From: a virus
Lineage: Duplodnaviria; Caudoviricetes
Virus record (IMG/VR): IMGVR_UViG_3300032284_003381
Span: 1 to 61,131 of that record
Length of the DNA: 61,131 nucleotides
Direction: 5' to 3' (one strand)
Shown here: positions 10,301 to 19,318 of the stretch, one piece after another
Layout: every line of letters begins with the position of its first letter
Numbering within the stretch: position 1 is the stretch's first letter
The notes under the pieces: model-generated
What the model was told of the DNA's origin: nothing
What the model saw: only the letters and a program-made list of their open reading frames with translations
Databases searched by the model: none
Translations under genes and position numbers: made by a program

Positions 10301-12790
10301 GCAGGAGTTTCAGCTTTAGGCACTTTGACTTTCCCGATTTTGGCGTTTGTTAGAGCAGTTACAAAATTTTCACAAATAGTAGGCATGATTGTAAATCCTC
10401 GTAAAGCAGCAGAAATGGCAGACGGGATTGCGAATGTTTTAAAATCTTGCGTAAATGTAGCAGAAAAAATTATAGAAACCAAAAATTTTCTGAGTGCCAT
10501 TACAGGACGAAGTTGGGCACAGTGGGCTTATGAATCAACTCAACTTTGGCGTTTAGTAGCCAAAACTGGAGTTCCTGCATTAAATGAAATGAAGCGACCA
10601 GTGATTGACTTTATTTTAGCGATAAAGAGTTTTGCTAAAGAGGTATCTTCAAAAGTAAAAATTGATGAAGCAACAAGAAACGCAAGAATGGTTGCTTCGG
10701 TATTAAAATCAACTAGTAGCGTGGCACAAAATATTGTTGAAACCAAAGGTTCATTGTCGGCAATAAAAGGGAGAACTTGGTTAGAATGGGCTGGCAAATG
10801 GGGCGAATGGGGATACTTATTAAGAACAACTGGAGTCAAGGCACTTCAAGAATTATCTCCCGGAATAATTGAATTTATAAAAGAAATAAAGTCTTTTGCT
10901 AGAAACGTAGCAAAAGAAATAAGTCCAAAAGAAGCAATCATTAATTCAATGGGTGTTGCGATGATTCTCAATGCCACCAATAAAGCTGCCAAGAAAATTA
11001 TTGAAACAAGTCAGTTGATGAGTGAATTAAAAGGTTTTGGATGGGGCAAATGGTTTGCTGAATCTACATGGCTTGGACGTGCATTTACAAAAGTTGGTGG
11101 ACCAGCTTTAAAACAATTAGCTCCGGGAATTATTGACTTTATTAAAGAGATTGTTAATTTTTGCAATGATCTTGAAAAAGTTGTGTCTATGGAAGATGCA
11201 ATAAAAAATTCAATACAAGTTTCTTATATTTTAAGATCAGTTGCAAACATTTCCAAGAATATCATATCAATTACTGAATCTATGAAAAATATTAAGACTG
11301 GAGGTTGGGGACAACTTTTAACGAATAGCATTAATTTTGCAATGGGATCTACAACAGGTGCAGAAGCATTAAAAATTCTGAGATACCCGATCATAAAATA
11401 CGTAGAACAAATCATTATTTTAGCAAATTCCATGAGAGGTTTAGGAGACATAAAAGAAGCTAGTTCGATTATACGTTCTGTCTCCATATTATCTTCTAAT
11501 ACAGCAATTTTGATTAAGGGATTAGCAAATGCTACAGATCTGATGACTAATTCTTGGAGCTTTTTCTCGAAAACTCCGATGCAGAAAATTTACGAATCAA
11601 AAGATCGATTCAAAATAATGTTTGAAGGAATTTCTCAATTCATGAAGCAAGGAATTATTGATCCTGTAATTCAGAATTTGGCTGGAGTTGATATAAACTC
11701 GGCAGCAAAAATAATGATTTCTATGGCAAAAATGGCATCTTCTATGATTCCATTGATAAGAGGTCTTTCTTATTCCTTTGGAATGATGAGTGGCGGGAAA
11801 TTAGTTGATGAATTGGATACAAATTTCCCAATAGATAAGATTGTTGCGAACAAAGAAATGTTTAGAAATCATTTTGTGGCAATAGCGGAATTTATGAGAG
11901 ATGGCATCATAACGCCAATTACAGAAAATATGCCAGATATATCTGAAATTCAAGAATCCACTAAAATTTTAGAAGCAATGAGCAGACAACTTTCCGCATT
12001 ATCAAATGTGATAAAGAAAACTTCTGCTGTCTCTAATAGTTTAAACAGAGGAATTGGTGGAGGACTAAACATTAACGGCATTTCTATGGGACAACTTGAT
12101 ACCATAAGTTCTCAATTTCAGGCACAGAATGCCGGTATCAGCGATAAAGTAAGAAAACAATCACAAAATGCTAAACAAATCCAGAACACAGATAGACAAA
12201 CAAAAAGTTCGATGGAATTAGCAAATGCCGCATTACGTGGGGAAGGAATCAAAGTAAGAGATAGAACTGTATCTAAGGCAGTCGAAATACAGAATAAAAC
12301 ACAATTGAAAGCAAAAAGTGCTATAAGCTCTGCAATGGGAGATCCTGTTGGAAAGTCCGCTTTAGAGGCAGTAAAAGGTAAAGCCAAGAAAAGAACTTGG
12401 TACGAATATTTTGCGGGCACGGAAGGAACGGCAAAACCTCAAACAAAGGTTTCTGCTTCGACTTACACAAACGCAAACGCACCTGATTTACAAAATGCCG
12501 TTGCAAAGAGTCGTGCGACCACAGCACCAACCAAGGCAGAAATGGTATCTCCTGAGTTAGGTAATATTGCTGGACAAACATCCGAGCAAACAGTGCTTCA
12601 ACAAAAGCTTGTCAACTTGTTTGAACAAGTTTTAGACGTTTTGACACCAAAGAGCACTATTACTTCAACATCAGCCGGTCAGCCATGCGATGATAATAAA
12701 GTAGGCAACATAAGAACGCCCGCAAAATATTATAGAAGCAACACTGGTTTGGTTACACGACAGCCATCTAGAGGAATCATTAATTCATAA
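7334..12790 (+). CDS. Tail tape measure protein
   Basis: About 1,818 aa, helical and A/G/S/K-rich with hydrophobic central segments and internal repeats. It lies directly upstream of the baseplate genes. Confidence 0.85.
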   Translation: MAEAIDNLGRKIDTSNMTLGQIRDLIATCCVGPQRPLKEGEATSETQEKIKEIMGRSSQFQKDKKCVEDTADAYDELFDHSEKGFNELFDHSEKGFKKLKRHVDELTTSFGKVQEHTLGFQGFAKLTKGIVDEERKFTQEVRAVAYETAGVTKISRGLQKTYEDIGRSVKQTGFDRSEFQKSYMTALKGGIKNQKAAMSITTAQLNTEKQLGFEAGSLGDQFKEWTLAGNMTVGQIADMGRGMRDVARSTGVTGEALKSGITSGQEFVNQLRNAAQLSATAAKNAMELAVNAQKFGVNSQMQPLMKAMASSSNLLLESSSETKTILFQAAGSVGRLDDLMKGTLLRSKQGTKDMAKGFENILSRFGVSSMEAIDQLSDSAKMQINLQMKASMGVELGEFRQQYQTLIDSSKTYADRLSDIDKKRKQNLTLEEKATLMEEERSLKTSKSLEVLTVLDEAAKGAKDMNQALGKFGERRKEFQEDLSAMGISATDNAGVARQAIRSALENVNVGLQKAGKSELKIDSSEIEKALKDPASMRELTAKITKGEQELATAQKAQLDPITQTNQYLQESNEYLRSMSQSLQSMAMNLPGASYATTALAGIGAATGLIGAGFETADFFKTFYRTTFGGQKEDYLGRPMKDKDSGEPIMEKGIFGIAKDVLGSWLGGEKHQTWKTKKTQIEKKMLPQEKKNLVQETKNVKMEKKVVEGEKTPCPSLPSMECFDLETLKKHGKQFASTAAALAILGIGILTLGAAMMWLSKKILSVFKLDTATVVETSTAVAAIIIGAAGIIGAALLAYEGMKKFENVKIDLGLFTKSAGVILLLGGALTLLGAAVVKLSQGILGAFGLDAATGKKVADDVSGILMSTAQIVLAVVLATGALMGIGALLSLLTGPQLGFALLFMGLGTAAILTLTPAIVGLAAATVTLAEAVMSSFSMDVQKANKVSENVSGIIEAASKIAFSIVKSVPLLSGFSALLPIAPLVSFFMLAGVSALGTLTFPILAFVRAVTKFSQIVGMIVNPRKAAEMADGIANVLKSCVNVAEKIIETKNFLSAITGRSWAQWAYESTQLWRLVAKTGVPALNEMKRPVIDFILAIKSFAKEVSSKVKIDEATRNARMVASVLKSTSSVAQNIVETKGSLSAIKGRTWLEWAGKWGEWGYLLRTTGVKALQELSPGIIEFIKEIKSFARNVAKEISPKEAIINSMGVAMILNATNKAAKKIIETSQLMSELKGFGWGKWFAESTWLGRAFTKVGGPALKQLAPGIIDFIKEIVNFCNDLEKVVSMEDAIKNSIQVSYILRSVANISKNIISITESMKNIKTGGWGQLLTNSINFAMGSTTGAEALKILRYPIIKYVEQIIILANSMRGLGDIKEASSIIRSVSILSSNTAILIKGLANATDLMTNSWSFFSKTPMQKIYESKDRFKIMFEGISQFMKQGIIDPVIQNLAGVDINSAAKIMISMAKMASSMIPLIRGLSYSFGMMSGGKLVDELDTNFPIDKIVANKEMFRNHFVAIAEFMRDGIITPITENMPDISEIQESTKILEAMSRQLSALSNVIKKTSAVSNSLNRGIGGGLNINGISMGQLDTISSQFQAQNAGISDKVRKQSQNAKQIQNTDRQTKSSMELANAALRGEGIKVRDRTVSKAVEIQNKTQLKAKSAISSAMGDPVGKSALEAVKGKAKKRTWYEYFAGTEGTAKPQTKVSASTYTNANAPDLQNAVAKSRATTAPTKAEMVSPELGNIAGQTSEQTVLQQKLVNLFEQVLDVLTPKSTITSTSAGQPCDDNKVGNIRTPAKYYRSNTGLVTRQPSRGIINS
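7557..7622 (+). repeat. Perfect 33-nt tandem duplication in the tape measure gene
   Basis: ATGAGCTTTTTGATCACAGTGAAAAAGGATTTA occurs twice (ELFDHSEKGF twice). Confidence 0.95.
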
Positions 12791-12798
12791 GGTAAAAA

Positions 12799-13362
12799 AT
12801 GGGTAAAGCAACAGACAATACTGGAGATTTATTAGAAATAAAGAATTGTTATATAAAGATTCCAGATTTTAACAATTTAACAATACCAATGAAGATTTTA
12901 CCAGATATTTCTGATTCAAAATCCGCCAGTTTTTCTAGCGAAAAAGCAATTGGTCGTTCTATGCCATTTATCGGTTATGAAAGTTCTGAATCTAGACAAA
13001 TTACTTGGGATGCACATTTTGTAATATGTAAAGAAGGCGATCAAGATGACATCATGGGCTATATAAGAGCTTTGCAAGCCTGCACATACCCTCAACCCGG
13101 CAACGGAAGCACATCTTATCTTCCTCCTCCTACTTTAAAATTGCGTTGTGGAGAATTACTTTCAAAGGGACAAGAAACTACAGAAGTTTGTTGTATTTTA
13201 AAAAGTTACTCTCTTAAGTTTGACACAACTGTTCCTTGGTATGAAACTGAAGAAAATAGTAGTTTAATCCCATATAAAATGGACATAAGTTTAACGCTTG
13301 AAGTGATTTACAATCAAGCCAATCTTCCCGGTTCTGATAAAATTTTAAGCAGTGGAGCGTAA
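12799..13362 (+). CDS. Tail tube initiator/baseplate tube-like protein (gp48/gp54-like)
   Basis: ISDSKSASF...IGRSMPFIGYESSESRQITW...YP...PPTLKLRCG...LKSYSLKFD pattern, located after the TMP. Confidence 0.7.
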   Translation: MGKATDNTGDLLEIKNCYIKIPDFNNLTIPMKILPDISDSKSASFSSEKAIGRSMPFIGYESSESRQITWDAHFVICKEGDQDDIMGYIRALQACTYPQPGNGSTSYLPPPTLKLRCGELLSKGQETTEVCCILKSYSLKFDTTVPWYETEENSSLIPYKMDISLTLEVIYNQANLPGSDKILSSGA

Positions 13363-13370
13363 AAACTGAA

Positions 13371-13697
13371 ATGGCAAATTATACAGAATCTACAAAAATA
13401 AAAGCATCTAGATTTGTACCTATAAGTAGTCGTTACTACAATTCTTCGGTTGTTTATTATACTGAAAATAAATTGTTAACATTTAAAATATATAAGAAAA
13501 GCACAATAACTCCCACCCAAAAAGACAAATATTATGTAATTACTCCCGGAACGGAATACAGACCGGATCTTGTTTCTCAAACTGCATATGGCACAGGCGA
13601 TTTTTGGTGGAAAATTATGGAGGCAAACAATATTAAGGATATTTTTGAATTTAAATCTGGTTTAAATATTAGAATACCTAATGCAATATTTGGATAA
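13371..13697 (+). CDS. Baseplate wedge gp53-like (LysM-like) protein
   Basis: YRPDLVSQTAYGTGDFWWKIMEANNI...GLNIRIP. Confidence 0.8.
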   Translation: MANYTESTKIKASRFVPISSRYYNSSVVYYTENKLLTFKIYKKSTITPTQKDKYYVITPGTEYRPDLVSQTAYGTGDFWWKIMEANNIKDIFEFKSGLNIRIPNAIFG

Positions 13698-13699
13698 TT

Positions 13700-15229
13700 A
13701 TGGCTTGTACAATTGCCGAAGAATGTTTAACTACTTATGGATGTGGCTTTCCGCAAGAACCACTTGATGGAGCGGTGTTTTCTCCTTTTGTAATAATAAA
13801 ATTTTATGTAAACGGTGAAGGAGAAAAAACTATAACTGTAGGAAATGCTTCTTCTCCACCTTATAACAGTGCAGCAATTACATCTTTTAATTATGGATTT
13901 GTGCCGGGCACAAATGGTTGGGGTGCCGATTTTGAAATAATAGATCAAGGCGGCGTAATTGCATATGACATAATTGCAGCAGTCAACAAAAGCATTATTC
14001 ACATTGCAAACGAAACTTCAAATACTTCTTTCGATTTTGGATGGATTATTACATCATGCGATGCGGCTGGCGGTCAAGTGCAAACAGTCAAAAAAGCAAG
14101 TCAAATTAATGGCGAATTGCATGGTTTTATAAACGAAATAGAACAATCATTTGAAGGTGGCAAAATAAGGTTAAAGTTTAAAGTTACTGCACCATCGGCA
14201 AAGGCTAGCAGCGTTCATTATAATGGAAGCATGTTTGACGAAAATGAAAAAGGAAGTTTAAGACAAGCAATTGAAAGGCTTTTTACAGAAAATAATTTGA
14301 AATATCCGGGAGGAGTGAAGTTTTTAGATAAGGATGGAACAGAGGGGGATTTTGCATTCGAAATAGATGGAGCAAATGGACCAAAAGGTGCTTGGCCAAT
14401 GATGCAATTAAATCCGATTGCTATTGCAAGAGCTTGGTTGAGTTCAATAGTAACAAAAAACAAAAAAGGAATTATTAGTTATTACGATCCTACAGAACCA
14501 CCTAGTATCGTGTTTCAAGAAGACCCAATTAAAGATAGACCGCAATGTTGTTTAAATACTATTGGAACATATATTGTTAATGGAGGCAATTGTAGTCCGG
14601 TTTTAGAATTTAACCCAAAAATAAACTGGCAAAAAACTGGCGCAGAAGGAGCAGGCGGAAATTCTGGAGGTGCATCTAATGGACAAGAAATTCAAAATCC
14701 AGATTTAGATACGGAAGAACGATCTGGACCAACGATTGCACCAGTTCCACAGCAACATGAATTAATGTGGCGAGATCCTAGCGATCTTGCGGCAGCAGCA
14801 GCTTTTGGAAATGCTGCTCATATTGCAGCAAATGCATTCCGTGAACTTGGAACACCTATTGGTTTTGAGGCAGAATTAAAAATTCACGGAAATCCCGAAT
14901 ATACAGATGTATTTACTCTAGTTAGTTCTACTGTTGCAATAATTGTAGTAAATCCATTTCATATAGGAGATGATTGCAAGTGGAATGTAGCTGGTGGAGA
15001 ATTTTTGGCTTATTCCGCATGCAACACAGTTTTGAGCAACCAAAATTATTTGATAAAAGGAATTAGTCATCAAATCAGCGGTGGTTCGTATACAACCACA
15101 TTAAATGTTTACTTGCCACAACCCAACCATGACATACCATTTGATTATCCATCTGGTGGCTGTGGCACACTTTATTACGGTGACGGTTTAGGCGGTACAT
15201 CCTCAGAAGACGCCAATTTTGCTAGTTAA
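13700..15229 (+). CDS. Baseplate hub protein (gp27/late control D-like)
   Basis: C-terminal FEAELKIHGNP...LSNQNYLIKGISHQISGGSYTTTLNV, and synteny between gp53-like and gp5-like genes. Confidence 0.7.
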   Translation: MACTIAEECLTTYGCGFPQEPLDGAVFSPFVIIKFYVNGEGEKTITVGNASSPPYNSAAITSFNYGFVPGTNGWGADFEIIDQGGVIAYDIIAAVNKSIIHIANETSNTSFDFGWIITSCDAAGGQVQTVKKASQINGELHGFINEIEQSFEGGKIRLKFKVTAPSAKASSVHYNGSMFDENEKGSLRQAIERLFTENNLKYPGGVKFLDKDGTEGDFAFEIDGANGPKGAWPMMQLNPIAIARAWLSSIVTKNKKGIISYYDPTEPPSIVFQEDPIKDRPQCCLNTIGTYIVNGGNCSPVLEFNPKINWQKTGAEGAGGNSGGASNGQEIQNPDLDTEERSGPTIAPVPQQHELMWRDPSDLAAAAAFGNAAHIAANAFRELGTPIGFEAELKIHGNPEYTDVFTLVSSTVAIIVVNPFHIGDDCKWNVAGGEFLAYSACNTVLSNQNYLIKGISHQISGGSYTTTLNVYLPQPNHDIPFDYPSGGCGTLYYGDGLGGTSSEDANFAS

Positions 15230-15243
15230 TACAGGAAAAAAAT

Positions 15244-17310
15244 ATGTTTGCTTGTCAATCGGATTTTGAATTACTAAAGAAGAGAATTGCAAATTTGGAA
15301 AATCATGTGGGAAACTCCCATTATTCCATGCAAGCTATTGCCAAAGAAGAAATTTACGACAATAGTAGTGCCATAGAGCAAGCTGAAATGCAATTCGGTA
15401 TGTACACCGCTTTCTGTATAGAAACAATCGATATATGGAAACAAAATCGCATTCGTTGGTTTTCACCTCTTTTTCACAATCCAAAAATGACTGTTAAAGA
15501 GCTTCCTTGGGCACACGCAATTTCTCCTTTCGGCGGTTTTGATGATTGTGGAGTTACTTGGGTTCCTCCAGCAGGATCTACAGTGTGCATTATGTTTGAA
15601 AATGGCAATAGAGGAGCACCATACTATATTGGGACAACTTGGCACAGAAATCGTGGTCCTGACGGGGAACACACATGGGGCGTTAATATTGAAGAATATT
15701 ATAAAATTTGGGAGGGAAAGAGAAAAGGGTATTTAGTTGGAGCAAATGATGGCTCTCAAGTGTTTCCGCCTTGGAATACAGAAAATTACAATGGATATGA
15801 TTTAAATTCTACGGTTGACTTTGACAGCAATCCAGAAGCACAAAGATTAATTACTTATCCGAACATATATGGTTTCAAAACTCCCGAAAAACATATGATC
15901 AAAATGGTTGACGGAGATCCAAAATGTAATCGTAAATGGAAAAGATTTGAAATTATGTCTAGTTGTGGCAATTTGATCATGTTGAAAGACGATCATTTGC
16001 ATTACGCAGGGCAATGGGCACATACAAGTTGCGGCAAGACAATAAAATCTGGAGATACAAGCTGTACAGATAATGATGGAAACAAAAAAGAAGAAACTTC
16101 ATGTAATGGAACTCAAAGTAATTCTAAAATTATTGGAGGGCATCCATCTACTGGAGTAGCTAATACAACCAAATATTACAATTCACAAGTAGGATCTAAT
16201 CCATTTTTTAAACATTCTCAAGAATGCAAACCATACAAAACCGATAACAAATTAAACACATGTAATTTACCACAATCAGGAATACAGATATTATCAATTT
16301 CTGGTCACACATTTGTCATGGACGATTCGGTTGAGGAACCATCGGGATCTCCAACTTGGGATCGAGAATTCGATTTTGGATGTAACAATCAATATGTTGG
16401 TAGAACTTATTGGAAATCTGCGACTGGTCATATGATAGAAATGAGTGATGTTGAAAGCCCTCAAGGAGGAGAGGGTTCTCAATTGCGTGGGAAATACAAT
16501 TATATTAGATTGTTATCTGCAACTGGCAACAAAATTGAATTAAACGATCATACAGTTTCTCAGAAAGACTGTCCCGGCAGTCCTCCAAACACTGCCGGTT
16601 CAGAACGTGGAATTCACTTGCAAACAACCAGCAATCATACAATCGACATGGTAGACGAAGGCAATGAACAAGTAGGAATTTGTCGTAAAGATGGCGGAAT
16701 TCCCGTAGCCAAGGCTAAAAAAGCCTACATCAAAATTAGAACTGGATATGGATTAGAAATATCACTTAATGACACTAACAGTCAAAAAGAAACCGACAAA
16801 CAAAACATAACAATATTTTGTCCACAAAAAGACAATAAGGATTCACAAGGGAAAGTTCGTGGTCCACATATTCATGAATATTCAGAATCAAAGTCTGGTC
16901 CCGGACAAGTTTATTTAAGAGTGGGTGGTAACTATAGAATAGAAACATACGATAGTTACGTTTTAACTGTGGGAAATAAAGATAATCCATCAGATTCAAT
17001 TCAAGAAATCAGTAGAGACAGTGTAGTTTATACAAAGAATAACTCTCTTCAATTTACCGAGAAACAACATTTAATAGAAGCAAAAGAAAATATATTTTTG
17101 TTGGCAGGAAAAGATTGTAAAGCTAAAGGTTCAGATTGTGGAGGATGTGGTGATGGCGTAGAGCCTTGTTTTGGAGCGGTATTAGTTTACGATTATTGCA
17201 GTGGAGCCGTAAAAATCAGTGATCGTGTATTTGCAAGTAGTTCGGCTAAAGCAACGACATTAAGCATGTTTCAATTAAGTCCGTTTGTAAAAGGCAAAAC
17301 TTGCGGCTAA
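15244..17310 (+). CDS. Baseplate central spike (gp5/VgrG-like OB-fold plus beta repeats)
   Basis: DIWKQNRIR...LPWA...WVPPAGSTVCIMFENGNRGAPYYIG OB-fold, and seven S/TxxGHxIxMxD-type repeats. Confidence 0.85.
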   Translation: MFACQSDFELLKKRIANLENHVGNSHYSMQAIAKEEIYDNSSAIEQAEMQFGMYTAFCIETIDIWKQNRIRWFSPLFHNPKMTVKELPWAHAISPFGGFDDCGVTWVPPAGSTVCIMFENGNRGAPYYIGTTWHRNRGPDGEHTWGVNIEEYYKIWEGKRKGYLVGANDGSQVFPPWNTENYNGYDLNSTVDFDSNPEAQRLITYPNIYGFKTPEKHMIKMVDGDPKCNRKWKRFEIMSSCGNLIMLKDDHLHYAGQWAHTSCGKTIKSGDTSCTDNDGNKKEETSCNGTQSNSKIIGGHPSTGVANTTKYYNSQVGSNPFFKHSQECKPYKTDNKLNTCNLPQSGIQILSISGHTFVMDDSVEEPSGSPTWDREFDFGCNNQYVGRTYWKSATGHMIEMSDVESPQGGEGSQLRGKYNYIRLLSATGNKIELNDHTVSQKDCPGSPPNTAGSERGIHLQTTSNHTIDMVDEGNEQVGICRKDGGIPVAKAKKAYIKIRTGYGLEISLNDTNSQKETDKQNITIFCPQKDNKDSQGKVRGPHIHEYSESKSGPGQVYLRVGGNYRIETYDSYVLTVGNKDNPSDSIQEISRDSVVYTKNNSLQFTEKQHLIEAKENIFLLAGKDCKAKGSDCGGCGDGVEPCFGAVLVYDYCSGAVKISDRVFASSSAKATTLSMFQLSPFVKGKTCG

Positions 17311-17319
17311 AGAGGTAAA

Positions 17320-17739
17320 ATGGCAAATTTTTTAGGTGTTCCTTATCCAATTACGAAAACTCCGATGGGATTTTTATATTCTCAAAACGGAATAAACCAA
17401 ATAAAGTCAGATTTATTGGTGTTATTATTGACAAATCCGGGAGAACGTGTCATGAATCCAAATTTTGGAACACCATTAAGATCGCTTTTATTCGAGCCAA
17501 ACGACGTTACTTTGCAATTCCAAGCAAAAAATATGATTATTCAAGCAATTAAGAGTTGGGAACCAAGAATTGCAATTCAGAACATAAATGTGAGTTCAAA
17601 TATTAGCCCATCATCATTAAATAGCAATGACGACCAATCACAAAAATTAAATATATTATTTATACAAATTATTTTTGTTGATCCACAAAACATTAAAGAA
17701 GTTCAAGAATTAACATTAGAAATTCCCTTATCGGAATAG
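17320..17739 (+). CDS. gp25-like baseplate wedge protein
   Basis: QIKSDLLVLLLTNPGERVMNPNFGTPLRSLLFEP...AIKSWEPRI. Confidence 0.92.
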   Translation: MANFLGVPYPITKTPMGFLYSQNGINQIKSDLLVLLLTNPGERVMNPNFGTPLRSLLFEPNDVTLQFQAKNMIIQAIKSWEPRIAIQNINVSSNISPSSLNSNDDQSQKLNILFIQIIFVDPQNIKEVQELTLEIPLSE

Positions 17740-17749
17740 AGAGGAATAA

Positions 17750-19309
17750 ATGGCGACAAATAATAATTGTCCTTTTGACATTACTCCGTATGCACAATCA
17801 GATGTGATTACTACGCCAAACATTTTCAATTTAAATTATACGAATCAAGACTTTTGGTCTATGAAAACTCGTTTAATTGATTTTATTCGACAAAAATTTG
17901 GCACAGAATTTTCTGATTTTGTAGAATCTTCTCTCGCAATTATGTTGATAGAAAATTGGGCTTTTTTAGCAGATACGCTGTCTTTCAAAATGGACCAGAT
18001 AGCAAACGAAATTTTTATTGACACAGTTACAGAACTTGACAATGCATTTCGTTTGGCAAAATTAGTTGGATTTCAGCCTCAACCGCCAATTGCAGCTAGT
18101 TCTTTGTGGACCGCAACAATCAACAATCCAGTTTTAAGTGATGTGACGATCCCTGCTCCTTTTGTTTTAAATGTGGACGCCGGTTCAACAAATATTACAA
18201 TTGAACTATTTCCAGCAGATGCAAACAACAATCCAATATTTGATCAAGATATTGTTATTCCTGCTGGGAATGTAGTAAATGCCAGCATTGTTGGATTAGA
18301 AGGAAAAACTAGAACAACCAATCAAGTCGGAAATGGAGCGATTGCTCAAACAATTCCTTTAACACAATATCCAGTAATTTATGATTCGATTAGTGTAATC
18401 GTAGACGGAGTAAAATGGGACCAAGTAGATTATTTTACGGATTCTCAACCAAGACGTGAGTATAGAGTAGAGTTTGATTCTAACTACCAAGCATACGTTA
18501 TTTTTGGAAATAATCGTGCAGGATTAATTCCTTCACAAGGCAGTTCAATATCAATAACATATCGACAAGGTGGTGGAAGTATAGGAAATATTGTAAGTAG
18601 AAGTATTCAAAAACAAACAATAATAAATGTTACTGGGATTAATTATCCAATACCAGTTTCATTTGCAAATTATACTGGTGGTCAATATGGATATAACGGG
18701 GATACAATTGACGATATTAGAAGCAAGCTTCCCGCTTGGGCTAGATCACAAAACAGAGCCGTAACAGGATTGGACTATAAAACCTTAACAGATCAATTTG
18801 CAACACCGTATCAAGGTCAAGTTGGAAAATCGACCGCAGTTTTAAGAAATTATGGATGTGCTGGCAATATTGTCGATCTTTATGTGCTTGCATTAGATGC
18901 TCCGAATAACCTAATGAAAGCAAGCGATGAACTAAAGGTGGAATTGCAAGCCTACATAAATAATCTAAGCATGATCACTGATCACGTTTGCATCAGAAAT
19001 GGAGAAGTTGTTTATGTCGATATTTCTTTAGATGTTGTTCTTGATAGGACTTACAGAAAATTTGAAGATGAGTTAAGAGTTAAAATAAAGAGAAGATTGG
19101 ATTCGTTTTTTGTTCTCCAAAACTGGGATTATGGAATGAATTTGCGTGATTCCGATGTGGTTAAATCTTTGTCAGATCTAAAAGAAGTTTCACACTACGA
19201 AATAACATTTACAACAAACGACCCAAATAACGGCGGCAGTATTGTAACCACACGATTTTTTGAAATCATAAGACCAGATGTTATAGACATTATTTTCACC
19301 TACCAATAA
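17750..19309 (+). CDS. Baseplate wedge subunit (T4 gp6/baseplate J-like)
   Basis: LNYTNQDFWSMK...DFVESS...LSFKMD...NEIFIDT, VIFGNN, GGGSIGN and SQNRAVTGLDY. Confidence 0.9.
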   Translation: MATNNNCPFDITPYAQSDVITTPNIFNLNYTNQDFWSMKTRLIDFIRQKFGTEFSDFVESSLAIMLIENWAFLADTLSFKMDQIANEIFIDTVTELDNAFRLAKLVGFQPQPPIAASSLWTATINNPVLSDVTIPAPFVLNVDAGSTNITIELFPADANNNPIFDQDIVIPAGNVVNASIVGLEGKTRTTNQVGNGAIAQTIPLTQYPVIYDSISVIVDGVKWDQVDYFTDSQPRREYRVEFDSNYQAYVIFGNNRAGLIPSQGSSISITYRQGGGSIGNIVSRSIQKQTIINVTGINYPIPVSFANYTGGQYGYNGDTIDDIRSKLPAWARSQNRAVTGLDYKTLTDQFATPYQGQVGKSTAVLRNYGCAGNIVDLYVLALDAPNNLMKASDELKVELQAYINNLSMITDHVCIRNGEVVYVDISLDVVLDRTYRKFEDELRVKIKRRLDSFFVLQNWDYGMNLRDSDVVKSLSDLKEVSHYEITFTTNDPNNGGSIVTTRFFEIIRPDVIDIIFTYQ

Positions 19310-19318
19310 GGAGTAGTA

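Noticed and set aside
12799-19309. Bacterial contractile injection system (eCIS/T6SS) rather than phage
   Set aside because: Terminase, portal, primase, a gp2-like gene and homing elements in the same window indicate a phage genome.
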